Position numbers and translations under genes: made by a program. Under the pieces are notes generated by a model. The model was given only the letters and a program-made list of their open reading frames with translations. It did no database searches and was not told the DNA's origin. A stretch of 61,992 bases of DNA, counting the filler, from Candidatus Desantisbacteria bacterium CG1_02_49_89 (lineage in GTDB: Bacteria; Desantisbacteria; UBA1551), in the NCBI GenBank assembly GCA_001871075.1. It is 7 parts of 7 records of this genome, joined end to end, with 100 filler letters (N's around TTAATTAATTAA, not from the genome) between each part and the next. Parts side by side here need not be neighbours in the genome. Positions count along the whole stretch, not along the records: positions 39,411 to 49,858 come from MNUP01000074.1; positions 49,959 to 55,995 come from MNUP01000022.1; positions 56,096 to 61,992 come from MNUP01000131.1; 4 more parts are not named here. One strand, 5' to 3'. Below, one piece after another: positions 47,876 through 56,259 of this stretch (the stretch's first letter is position 1; every line of letters starts with the position of its first letter).

Positions 47876-47961
47876 CGTTACACGTTACACGTTTTGCATT
47901 TCCCGTTACACGTTACACGTTTTGCATTTCCCGTTACACGTTACACGTGACACGTTACACG
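47876..47961. repeat. Heptamer array (CGTTACA)n with 28-bp higher-order period; inverse array at 47398-47425
   Basis: Read directly; the two arrays are reverse complements bracketing the four-helix-bundle gene. Confidence 0.9.
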
Positions 47962-47965
47962 GTAT

Positions 47966-49366
47966 TTAAAGGAAGCTCCTCGGGTCCGTTATCCTGCCGG
48001 TGACGGCCGACGCTGCGGCAGTCGCCGGGGAAGAAAGATAAATGAACGCTCTGGGATTCGCCATCCTGCCCTTGAAATTGCGGTTTGCCGTGGAGAGAAC
48101 GACCTCCCCGTCCGCCGGAATGCCCTGGTGAGTTCCAACGCAGGGGCCGCATCCGGGATTAAGGACCGCGCCTCCCGACTTTACAAAGGCCTCGATGATC
48201 CCCTCTTTGAGGGCCCGCAAGAAGATCCCGCGCGATGCCGGAACGATAATAAGCTTAAGCTTCGGGTGTATTTTTCTATTCCTGAGGATCGCGGCCGCGA
48301 TCTTCAGGTCCTCAAATCTGCCGTTGGTACAGGTCCCTATGACAACCTGGTCTATTTTTGTCCCTTCAACACTGCCCAAAGGAACAACATTATCCACGGT
48401 ATGCGGTTTCGCTATCATCGGCCCTATCTTGCCCGCGTCAAACGTCAGTATCTTTTCGTATCTCGCATCTGCATCTGCTTTTACACCAGCAAGCCTACCC
48501 GCCCTGCACAAGGGCAGGGCGAGGTCTCGCCCCGACGTCCATCGGGGCGGAAAGGCTTGCCCTGCATTCTGCGCAGGCTGAAGCCTGCGGCTACCGTTGA
48601 CACGTTGACACGTTGCCTGCCCGCCAACGCTTTTTGGGTGGGACACGTTGACACGGTTTTTGTTCAGCCATGCCGCCGTTTTGCCGTCCGCTTCCATCAG
48701 GCCCGCCTTGGCTCCCATTTCAACAGCCATATTAGAAACGGTCAGCCTTGAATCAACGCTCAGAGAACTAATGGCAGAACCCGCGAATTCCACTGCCCGG
48801 TAGTTTGCGCCGTCCGCGCCGATCTTGCCTATGAGATAAAGGATCAGGTCCTTGCCAAACACTCCTTTTTTCAGCCTGCCGTTCATGACTATTTTTATTG
48901 TTTCGGGAATTTTCAGCCATATCCTGCCCGATATCATAGCGGCAGCAAGGTCAGTTGAACCGACGCCTGTCGAGAAGGCATTCAGCGCACCGTATGTGGT
49001 TGTGTGGGAATCAGCCCCTATGACCAGCATTCCGGGCAGAACGTTGTCTTCAGCCATGACCTGGTGGCATACGCCGCAGCCCACGTCATAAAGTTTGATC
49101 TTATGCCTGAGCGCGAACTCCCTCATCATGATATGCAGCCTTGAAACATCAATGCTGGGCGACGGGCTGTTGTGGTCAATGACCATGGCTATCCTGCCGG
49201 GGGAAAAAACTTTCTTTCCGCGCATTTCCTCAAACGCCTTTATGGCAAGCGGCGAAGTCCCATCCTGGCCCATAAGGAAATCCACCCTGCACACGGCTAT
49301 CCGGCCGGCAGAAACATCTATTCCCGAATGAGCACCCAATATTTTTTCCGCGATCGTCTTTCCCAT
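47966..49366 (-). CDS. LeuC/HacA-type dehydratase large subunit with ~55-aa repeat-derived insertion
   Basis: GKTIAEKIL, GADSHTTT, IGTCTNGR, GCGPCVG, STANRNFKGRM. Confidence 0.92.
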   Translation of the reverse strand: MGKTIAEKILGAHSGIDVSAGRIAVCRVDFLMGQDGTSPLAIKAFEEMRGKKVFSPGRIAMVIDHNSPSPSIDVSRLHIMMREFALRHKIKLYDVGCGVCHQVMAEDNVLPGMLVIGADSHTTTYGALNAFSTGVGSTDLAAAMISGRIWLKIPETIKIVMNGRLKKGVFGKDLILYLIGKIGADGANYRAVEFAGSAISSLSVDSRLTVSNMAVEMGAKAGLMEADGKTAAWLNKNRVNVSHPKSVGGQATCQRVNGSRRLQPAQNAGQAFPPRWTSGRDLALPLCRAGRLAGVKADADARYEKILTFDAGKIGPMIAKPHTVDNVVPLGSVEGTKIDQVVIGTCTNGRFEDLKIAAAILRNRKIHPKLKLIIVPASRGIFLRALKEGIIEAFVKSGGAVLNPGCGPCVGTHQGIPADGEVVLSTANRNFKGRMANPRAFIYLSSPATAAASAVTGRITDPRSFL

Positions 49367-49587
49367 TTTAAATGCAGTCATTTGTCATTAGTCATTAGTC
49401 ATTTGTCATTAGTAAAATCTAAATATTATCTAACGCTTTCCAACGATTCTCAACGATTTTATCGGAATGTAGTGGCAGACCTTGGTTTGCTTTATGTCGA
49501 GCAAGCTCGACCACTACAATAATCTGGCTTCATGCGGCAGGAATTAATGTCACGGGGTAGCAGTCCTATCATAAATTTCTTAAATAT

Positions 49588-49615
49588 ATAGTATCAGAAA
49601 TTTTAAAAATGTCAA
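49588..49615 (-). promoter_or_regulatory. Sigma70 promoter upstream of the leuC-like gene
   Basis: TTGACA-16 bp-TACTAT with extended TG. Confidence 0.65.
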
Positions 49616-49631
49616 TAAAAAAACGGGCTGG

Positions 49632-49858
49632 TGTTCCGCAACATTCAAAAGTATACTTTTGGGAACCTTAAAAGTATACTTTCTCATAAATGATATTCCC
49701 CGATTTTCTGCTCATCTTTTAACACAATAATCTTTTTGTTGGGGATAAGACACACGGTTACTTCCTGCTCTGGGAATCGCCCTACTTTCCAGATTCTGCC
49801 TTCGAGAGTACCCACCCCCCTCACCCTACCCCTCTCCCTCGAGGGGAGAGGATAAAGG
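49632..49858 (-). mobile_element. Right part of the TGT-ended MITE, truncated by contig end
   Basis: TGTTCCGCAACATTCAAAAGTATAC with a second AAAGTATAC 23 bp later; interior homologous to 11812-11970. Confidence 0.7.
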
Positions 49859-50059
49859 NNNNNNNNNNNNNNNNNNNNNNNNNNNNNNNNNNNNNNNNNN
49901 NNTTAATTAATTAANNNNNNNNNNNNNNNNNNNNNNNNNNNNNNNNNNNNNNNNNNNNGAGTGAAAAAAGTTAATTATTTAAATAAAATCCCGTCTTCTC
50001 AATCTCTCAATCTTAAATCTTACAATCTTACAATTTATTTTATTGCCTCGCCGCCCGGA

Positions 50060-50377
50060 CTAAAACTCTTCTTCCACGGCCGATGTTTTTTCTTTAGGCG
50101 CGGGCCCTTCTTTCACCTTTGCCTCATATCCCTCCAGCACCTTCTTCTCAAGATACTCCCTTGTCTGCGCGTTTATCGGATGGGCGATATCCCTGCGCGT
50201 GCCGTCAGGAAGTTTCCTGGAAGGCATGGCGACAAACAATCCCTTGTCCCCGCTTACGATCCTAAGGCTGCGCACCACAAAAGCGTTGTCGAACGTAACT
50301 GTGGCGAAGGCCTTCAGCTTCTCTTCCGGCTTCCCCGCGTTGTCTCTTAGGAAAATCCTTACCTCAGTTATCTCCAT
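50060..50377 (-). CDS. spoVG: SpoVG-family protein
   Basis: MEITEVRI..LKAFATVTFDNAFVV..GLFVAMPSRK..DIAHPIN. Confidence 0.93.
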   Translation of the reverse strand: MEITEVRIFLRDNAGKPEEKLKAFATVTFDNAFVVRSLRIVSGDKGLFVAMPSRKLPDGTRRDIAHPINAQTREYLEKKVLEGYEAKVKEGPAPKEKTSAVEEEF

Positions 50378-51269
50378 TCCTGAGCCCTCCTCGTGTTGCT
50401 GCAAGATGCGCGCTTCCGGCTCTCTTGCCCGCAATTCTATATGCTCTTTGCGCCTCCCCCCTTTCATTATAGATTCCGTAAACAACAGACCCGCTTCCGG
50501 TCATAAGCGTCCCTGCCGCTCCGGTGGTTTCCAGCATTTCTTTGACGCCCTTAATGTAACCCTTGTATTTCATATCAACCGCTTTTTCGAATATATTATA
50601 TAAATTATCCGCGAGCCGCCCGACGTTCCCGGTCCTGAGGCAGTCAAGCACTATTTTAACGCGTGAAAATCCTTTTGCCGGAAGGTTCCTGCGGTCCAGG
50701 CTTTCGTAAGCGGACCTTGTTGAGAAGGAAAATCCCGGATCAACCAGAATAACCCAGAAACGGGCTCTGGACAGGACCGGGGTAACAACGTCCCCCCTGC
50801 CTGTTGCCAGCGCTGTCCCTCCCCTGATGAAAAAAGGCACGTCCATTCCTATGCGCGCGCCCATCTTTGCCAGATCGCTGTCTGAAAATCCGGCCTTCCA
50901 CAGCTTGTTCAGCCCTTTCAGAACAGCGGCCGCGTCGCTTGACCCGCCGCCAAGCCCTGCCCCCGCGGGGATCCTTTTTTCAAGGCGTATGCTTATTCCC
51001 TTCTTTATTCCCGATCCTTCCATGAACAGCTTTGCCGCCCTGCACGCAAGGTTCTTCGGGCCGGTTTCCAGGCACGGCAGTTTGTTCTTTTTTCCCGGAC
51101 CCGGCATTAAATAGATCCCGCGGGTTCCCTGCTCAGAAATTGTAATTGTGTCATGCAGGTCTATCTCCTGCATTACGGTCACTATGTCGTGGTACCCGTC
51201 TCCGCGCTTTCCCAGCACGTCCAGGAAAAGGTTTATCTTCCCCGCCGCCCTTATCGTTATTCTGGCCAA
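50364..51269 (-). CDS. ispE: 4-diphosphocytidyl-2-C-methyl-D-erythritol kinase
   Basis: KINLFLDVLGKRGDGYH, KRIPAGAGLGGGSSDAA, MTGSGS. Confidence 0.95.
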   Translation of the reverse strand: MARITIRAAGKINLFLDVLGKRGDGYHDIVTVMQEIDLHDTITISEQGTRGIYLMPGPGKKNKLPCLETGPKNLACRAAKLFMEGSGIKKGISIRLEKRIPAGAGLGGGSSDAAAVLKGLNKLWKAGFSDSDLAKMGARIGMDVPFFIRGGTALATGRGDVVTPVLSRARFWVILVDPGFSFSTRSAYESLDRRNLPAKGFSRVKIVLDCLRTGNVGRLADNLYNIFEKAVDMKYKGYIKGVKEMLETTGAAGTLMTGSGSVVYGIYNERGEAQRAYRIAGKRAGSAHLAATRGGLRNGDN

Positions 51270-51383
51270 TATCTCCTCACAAGTATCGTTAATATTTAGT
51301 CAAGGTAAATTGGTTCATGTCGCAGTTGTCGGTTGTCGGTTGAGGGTTGTCTGTAAACTCACAACTGACAACTCACAACTGCT

Positions 51384-52448
51384 TCAGGCGAGTTGTTTCT
51401 TTAGCTCTTCGATCCTTTTAACCGGCGTGGGGTCCGCGCCGTTTAGAAACGCGAGGTAAACGCTCGTTAAGTCCCCGAGAAGTATGATCGAATAGAGCCT
51501 TGCCATTATGGATTTTCCCCTTGTGTGGTATTCCAGGACCTCAGAGGCAGCGCCCTTAAGCAGGTTCCCGGTGATCTCAAACCTTTTTTTCACCTGCGGG
51601 TTCTCCTTTTTATCCCTTATCATAACGACCACCATGTCTTTAAGCATGTGCGCCGGAAATTCCCACCCCACGATCTCGTTATGGTTTAGTTCGGGGAACA
51701 CGTTGTTGAACGCGAACGCCTTGCTGTTCTCATTGAACTGGTCCTTCCACCTCAGCGCCGCGACGTCTGTCAGGTCCTGGCTCGCGTAGATGACCGGTAT
51801 CTTGCCCTGCAGCTTCATCGCCAGTTTCTTTGCCGGGTTCTTGTCCGCGGGCACGCTCCTCTTCATCTCGTCCCTTACTGACCCAAGCACCTCAACCGAC
51901 TCGCTTATCTCGGCGGTTTTGTCCTTGACAAGACCGAGTTTCACGAGTATACCCATCAGGCCGATCGCCTGGTAACCCAGGCTTGCGCGCGGAGAACCTC
52001 CGCCCGGGATCTGCAGGAACGGGATCCCGTCCGCCTTGCAGTATTCGGTGAGTTTTCCGCCTGTGGTAAGGCCCACTATTTTCGCCTTCCTTTCCTTCGC
52101 TTCCGCGTAGGCTGAAAGCGTTTCCTCCGTGTTCCCGGAATAGCTGACAGCTACGACCAGGGTCTTTTTCCTTACGAACTTCGGCAGGTGGTAGAACCTG
52201 TTCACGATTACCGGGATCTTCAGCTCGTTCAGCAGGCAGGTCCTTACAAGATCCCCGCCTATAGCTGACCCTCCCAGGCCCGTAACTAATATGTTCGAGA
52301 TCTTTCCTTTTCCCAGGTAGCTTTTATCCAGCTTGAAAGCCGCCGCGATCTCTGCGGCTTTTCCGCACTGCTGCGGCAGGCCCTCGACCAGGCCCAGCAT
52401 GTCGGACGGGTCCGCCTTCCTTATCTCTTCCAGATTGTCCAGATCCAT
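51384..52448 (-). CDS. Bifunctional phosphoglucose/phosphomannose isomerase (SIS)
   Basis: GLGGSAIGGD, SYSGNTEET, RWKDQFNENSK, PELNHNEI, DPTPV. Confidence 0.92.
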   Translation of the reverse strand: MDLDNLEEIRKADPSDMLGLVEGLPQQCGKAAEIAAAFKLDKSYLGKGKISNILVTGLGGSAIGGDLVRTCLLNELKIPVIVNRFYHLPKFVRKKTLVVAVSYSGNTEETLSAYAEAKERKAKIVGLTTGGKLTEYCKADGIPFLQIPGGGSPRASLGYQAIGLMGILVKLGLVKDKTAEISESVEVLGSVRDEMKRSVPADKNPAKKLAMKLQGKIPVIYASQDLTDVAALRWKDQFNENSKAFAFNNVFPELNHNEIVGWEFPAHMLKDMVVVMIRDKKENPQVKKRFEITGNLLKGAASEVLEYHTRGKSIMARLYSIILLGDLTSVYLAFLNGADPTPVKRIEELKKQLA

Positions 52449-52748
52449 TCATCCTCCTTTTTCTATAATGATTACAGTGATTTTTCGAAGATGATTACGG
52501 TGATTATTTTTAGTATCAGGTGCCAAGTAGAAGATTAATCTGTGCTAATCCGTGGAAATCCGTGGTTGCAAACGTAGTTTATCCCGAAGGGATCCCTTTG
52601 GGACAAAGTTTATAGAGTTTACAAGTTTACAGAGTAAAAATCTCAGTGGACTCAGTGCCTTCAGTGGCAAAATGTATTTCTCTGTGCCTCCGTGCCTCAA
52701 TGGTAATTTTTCGTGCTTTCGTGATACTTTCGTGTTTTCGTGGAAATT

Positions 52749-53894
52749 TTAAGGTTTTATCCTGTGCGCTTCTGTCGGTTTGAAGTCCGGCTCCACCTCC
52801 GGGTTTGCCCACGCGGTCTTGAAATACACAACTGCATCCTCAATTCTTTTTATGCCTTTGCCCAGCTTTATATCGATCTCCTTCAGGTCGTTCGGCCCAA
52901 GGCCCAGGTCGCGCGCGATCCTGAGGTAATTCTGGCAGTTCACAAAAGGCGGGCTGGGGTATTCTGCTGCCGGGTTGTGACCCATAAGAAAAGCACCTAC
53001 CGCGTCCACCGCGACCGCGTTCTTCCCTACCACGATGACGCGCAACGCCTTCCTTTCAGCGCCCGGTATCCAGAAACCCTCCCCTCCCTCCATCCCGATG
53101 ATCCCGTCTATCATCGCAAGGTTTATTGGGTTTGCCGCGTTTATGTCGTTGATGACCATTGATATGTCGTGCCTTGAGAGGCCGTGCAGCATGCTCTTTG
53201 AGGTCCCCTCAGGGGCGTAAACGTCCCGGGGCGGCGATCCGAACTGATTTTTAAGCGTGAGCGTTATGCCGGCCGAGGAGTGCATCTTCATTTTCGCTAC
53301 GGATATAAAAACATCCGCTTTCTCGATTTCCTTGTTAAGCCTGAGGCTTTTGAAATAAAGGCCTTCCCCGGGGACTGCGTACGTCTCGAAGTCCGTATGC
53401 GGAAACGGGTGGTTCAGGTCCAGGAGCCGGCATCCTTTTTTCGTAAGATCCTTCCAGCCCATATCCCTGAAGCAGTCGATCGTTGGGCTGGCGCCTGTCC
53501 CTTCCATTATCGTTATTTCGCTATCGGTTATTTTTCTTATGTGCTCTATAAGGGCGATCGCCAGGTTAACATGAGTGGTTACGCCCCATTCCGCGGGCGT
53601 GTTGTCGCACAGGTTCGGCTTTATGGCGACAGCGTCCTTCGGTTTTATAACATCCCCCAGACCCCCTATCAGGCCTATCGCCTCGGCAACCGCGCGCCTT
53701 ACTTCCTGCAGATCATAACTGCCGCATTTGACCACGGCGACTACAGGCGGGCCCAGCAGCCAGCCTTCCGTGTACCGGAACGACCTTGCGCCCGTTTTCA
53801 GGTTAAGGGGGATCGTCTCCTGCTCAAACGAACCAGCGTTGAAGCAGATAAGCAGTATCAGCCCGATTAATGATGCTAAATGGCTTTTTTTCAT
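52749..53894 (-). CDS. DUF362-domain protein with signal peptide
   Basis: IKPNL, TTH, KMKMH..AGITLTLKNQFG, DGIIGMEG, AVAVDAV. Confidence 0.85.
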   Translation of the reverse strand: MKKSHLASLIGLILLICFNAGSFEQETIPLNLKTGARSFRYTEGWLLGPPVVAVVKCGSYDLQEVRRAVAEAIGLIGGLGDVIKPKDAVAIKPNLCDNTPAEWGVTTHVNLAIALIEHIRKITDSEITIMEGTGASPTIDCFRDMGWKDLTKKGCRLLDLNHPFPHTDFETYAVPGEGLYFKSLRLNKEIEKADVFISVAKMKMHSSAGITLTLKNQFGSPPRDVYAPEGTSKSMLHGLSRHDISMVINDINAANPINLAMIDGIIGMEGGEGFWIPGAERKALRVIVVGKNAVAVDAVGAFLMGHNPAAEYPSPPFVNCQNYLRIARDLGLGPNDLKEIDIKLGKGIKRIEDAVVYFKTAWANPEVEPDFKPTEAHRIKP

Positions 53895-53996
53895 TTAAAT
53901 TCAAACCAAATTTATCTGTAATTAAAATAGGATAGGGATTCGGGTATGGGGATTAGGTTTAGGGTTAATCGCGTGGAATCGTGTGTAATCGTGTGG

Positions 53997-55157
53997 TTAA
54001 GGTTTCAATCTGCTGACTTTTTCCAGTTTGAATTCAGCCGGAATATCAGCCCTGGAATAGGAAATACTGAAAGGGCTCGCGGCGTCCGAAAGCTTTCTTA
54101 TCCCTTTTCCCAGCCTTATATCTATTTTTTTCAGATCCGTGGGCCCCAGGCCCAGGTCCCGCGCGATCCTCAGGTGATTCTCGGCGGCTTCAAAGGGCGG
54201 GTCGGGATAATCCGCTTCAGGATCATAGCCCATAAGAACGGTTCCTACCGCGTCTACCGCGACTGCGTTCTTCCCGATTATTATCAAGCCGGTGTTCTTT
54301 GCCCTTGCCGCGGGATTCCATAATCCGGCTCCCCCTTCAAGCCCTATTACCCCGTCCACCACCGCAAGGTTTATCGGGTTACAGGCATTGATGTCGTTGA
54401 TGGCGCAAGGCATGCTCCTCCAGGGATCATCCTTGTGCAGCTGCCATTTAGCCCTTTCCATGTTACCGTAAGCGTCCATGGGCACCGAACCGAACTGGTT
54501 TTTTACCGTGAGAGTAATACCCGCAAGCTCGTGGACCTTTAATTTCGCAACTGAAACAAAAACATCAATATCCTTGAAAGCCCTGTTGAACGTAAGCTCC
54601 CGGAATGCCAGGCCGCCTCCCGGGATCCTGCACACAACGAAAGTGGGGTAAGGAACAGGATGGTTCAGGTCCACCAGCCTGCAGTTCTTGTTCTTGCTTA
54701 ATTCAACCCATCCCTGGTCTTTAAACGCGTCTGCTGTGTTGGCTCCGCCCGCCCCTTCCATTATCGTTATCTTGCCGCTGGTGATCTTCCTGAAGCAGTC
54801 GATCAGCGCGGAAACTACTGCGGGGTGCGTTGTCACCCCTGCTTCGCCGGAATGGTTCGTGGTAAGGTTGGGTTTTATGCCTATCCTGTCGCCGGATTTC
54901 ACTACATCGTTCAACCCGCCTATCAGGCTTATTGCTTCTTCCACCGCTCTTTTTACTTCCGCGGCATCATAGTTGCTGCACTTCACTACCGCAACGACCG
55001 GCGGGCCGAGAAGCCAGCCTTCCGTATACGCGAAAGGGCGCAGGCCTTCTGAAATATCCTCTGCTTTTGTTTCCGGCGTTCTGCTGGCTTTAAACGCAAA
55101 AAATCCCGCGGCTGCGGCTATCAGTATCCCGATAACTACTAAATATTTCTTTTTTAT
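53997..55157 (-). CDS. DUF362-domain paralog with N-terminal anchor; apparent ATA start
   Basis: Same motifs. Homology to the paralog (YTEGWLLGPPVVAVVKC) extends upstream of the GTG at 54986; frame open to ATA at 55157. Confidence 0.8.
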   Translation of the reverse strand: MKKKYLVVIGILIAAAAGFFAFKASRTPETKAEDISEGLRPFAYTEGWLLGPPVVAVVKCSNYDAAEVKRAVEEAISLIGGLNDVVKSGDRIGIKPNLTTNHSGEAGVTTHPAVVSALIDCFRKITSGKITIMEGAGGANTADAFKDQGWVELSKNKNCRLVDLNHPVPYPTFVVCRIPGGGLAFRELTFNRAFKDIDVFVSVAKLKVHELAGITLTVKNQFGSVPMDAYGNMERAKWQLHKDDPWRSMPCAINDINACNPINLAVVDGVIGLEGGAGLWNPAARAKNTGLIIIGKNAVAVDAVGTVLMGYDPEADYPDPPFEAAENHLRIARDLGLGPTDLKKIDIRLGKGIRKLSDAASPFSISYSRADIPAEFKLEKVSRLKP

Positions 55158-55247
55158 TGTGATTTATATCCTGCTGAAAATGGAGAATAGAAAATAGACC
55201 GTCCCGATGTTACATCGGGACTCTATTTTCCCCGTGAGGGGAAAATA

Positions 55248-55335
55248 CGGAGGGAGAGGGATTCGAACCCACGACTCGCTTTAGGCGAGTAATCGCTTTC
55301 GAGACGATCCCCTTCAACCACTCGGGCATCCCTCC
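55248..55335 (-). tRNA. tRNA-Ser(CGA), CCA not encoded
   Basis: GGAGGGA/TCCCTCC acceptor; ATCGT-CTCGAAA-GCGAT anticodon arm; long variable arm; GGTTCGAATCC. Confidence 0.95.
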
Positions 55336-55584
55336 CGCCTCGACGGCGGGTCGCCGAAGTGGCGACCATACCATCGTAGTTTTATATATCGCTTTAATTA
55401 GTCGCCTGCCGGCCTGTCCGCCGAAGTTTAAATGAGCCTTTTCCGAATAGGAAAGTTTTGGGCTCATTTAGTTTAACGCAGGCGGAAGAGGCATGGTGAC
55501 AGTATTGTTAAGTTTGAATGATGCGGTTCCTTGGGAATTAATAATATATATCACTTTATATAGAATATATATACCTCAAAGTCC

Positions 55585-55613
55585 ATTATATACCAGATTA
55601 ATGAAAAAGTCAA
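55585..55613 (-). promoter_or_regulatory. Sigma70 promoter upstream of tRNA-Ser
   Basis: TTGACT-17 bp-TATAAT. Confidence 0.65.
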
Positions 55614-55749
55614 CTTTTTTGATTCGGCGGATACAGATTTAAAAAATTGTTATAAAAAATCAAGAGGGTACGCCCTAAAAAATAAAAAAGACCCACTTTG
55701 CTATTCATACGTGAGTCTAATTTATAAAGATTTTACTTATCGCGGTTAC

Positions 55750-55983
55750 TTAGAGATGTTTCTTGAGTTCTGAAACAGAAATATTAACATCCTTCAGGAT
55801 TTTTCGCAACAACCCCCGTCCTATTGTTTTACCTTTGTGAACCGGAACTGTTGTTTTTCGTCCATCAGGATGACAATAACGAAAATGGCTGCCTTTAGAC
55901 TTTCTGGTATTTTCAAATCCTATTCTTTCAAGAGCATTAATAAGTTCAAGTGGCCGCAGAATTGGCAGTTTTTCATCATTCAT
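55750..55983 (-). CDS. hicA: HicA-family toxin
   Basis: LERIGF..KGSHFRY.HPDGRKTTVPVH..IGRGLLRKILK. An upstream ...EVAV* end at the contig edge resembles a HicB C-terminus. Confidence 0.9.
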   Translation of the reverse strand: MNDEKLPILRPLELINALERIGFENTRKSKGSHFRYCHPDGRKTTVPVHKGKTIGRGLLRKILKDVNISVSELKKHL

Positions 55984-56095
55984 ACTGCGACCTCANNNNN
56001 NNNNNNNNNNNNNNNNNNNNNNNNNNNNNNNNNNNNNNNTTAATTAATTAANNNNNNNNNNNNNNNNNNNNNNNNNNNNNNNNNNNNNNNNNNNN

Positions 56096-56232
56096 GGGCT
56101 GTCATTGCGAGGAGTGTTAACGACGAAGCAATCTCGACCTAAAAATCGAGATTGCCACGCTCCCTTTGGTCGCTCGCAATGACAACTCAAAGCAAAATCA
56201 AATGTCAAGGGATTTATGCGACACCACATTAG
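56096..56232 (-). mobile_element. Partial copy of the 1-168 MITE
   Basis: Reverse complement of ~1-136. Confidence 0.8.
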
Positions 56233-56259
56233 GTAGTATTTATTATATAGGGAGTTGTA

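Noticed and set aside
49382-49580. Leucine attenuator or T-box upstream of the leuC-like gene
   Set aside because: No Leu-rich leader peptide or T-box motif; the region is heptamer arrays and two REPs.
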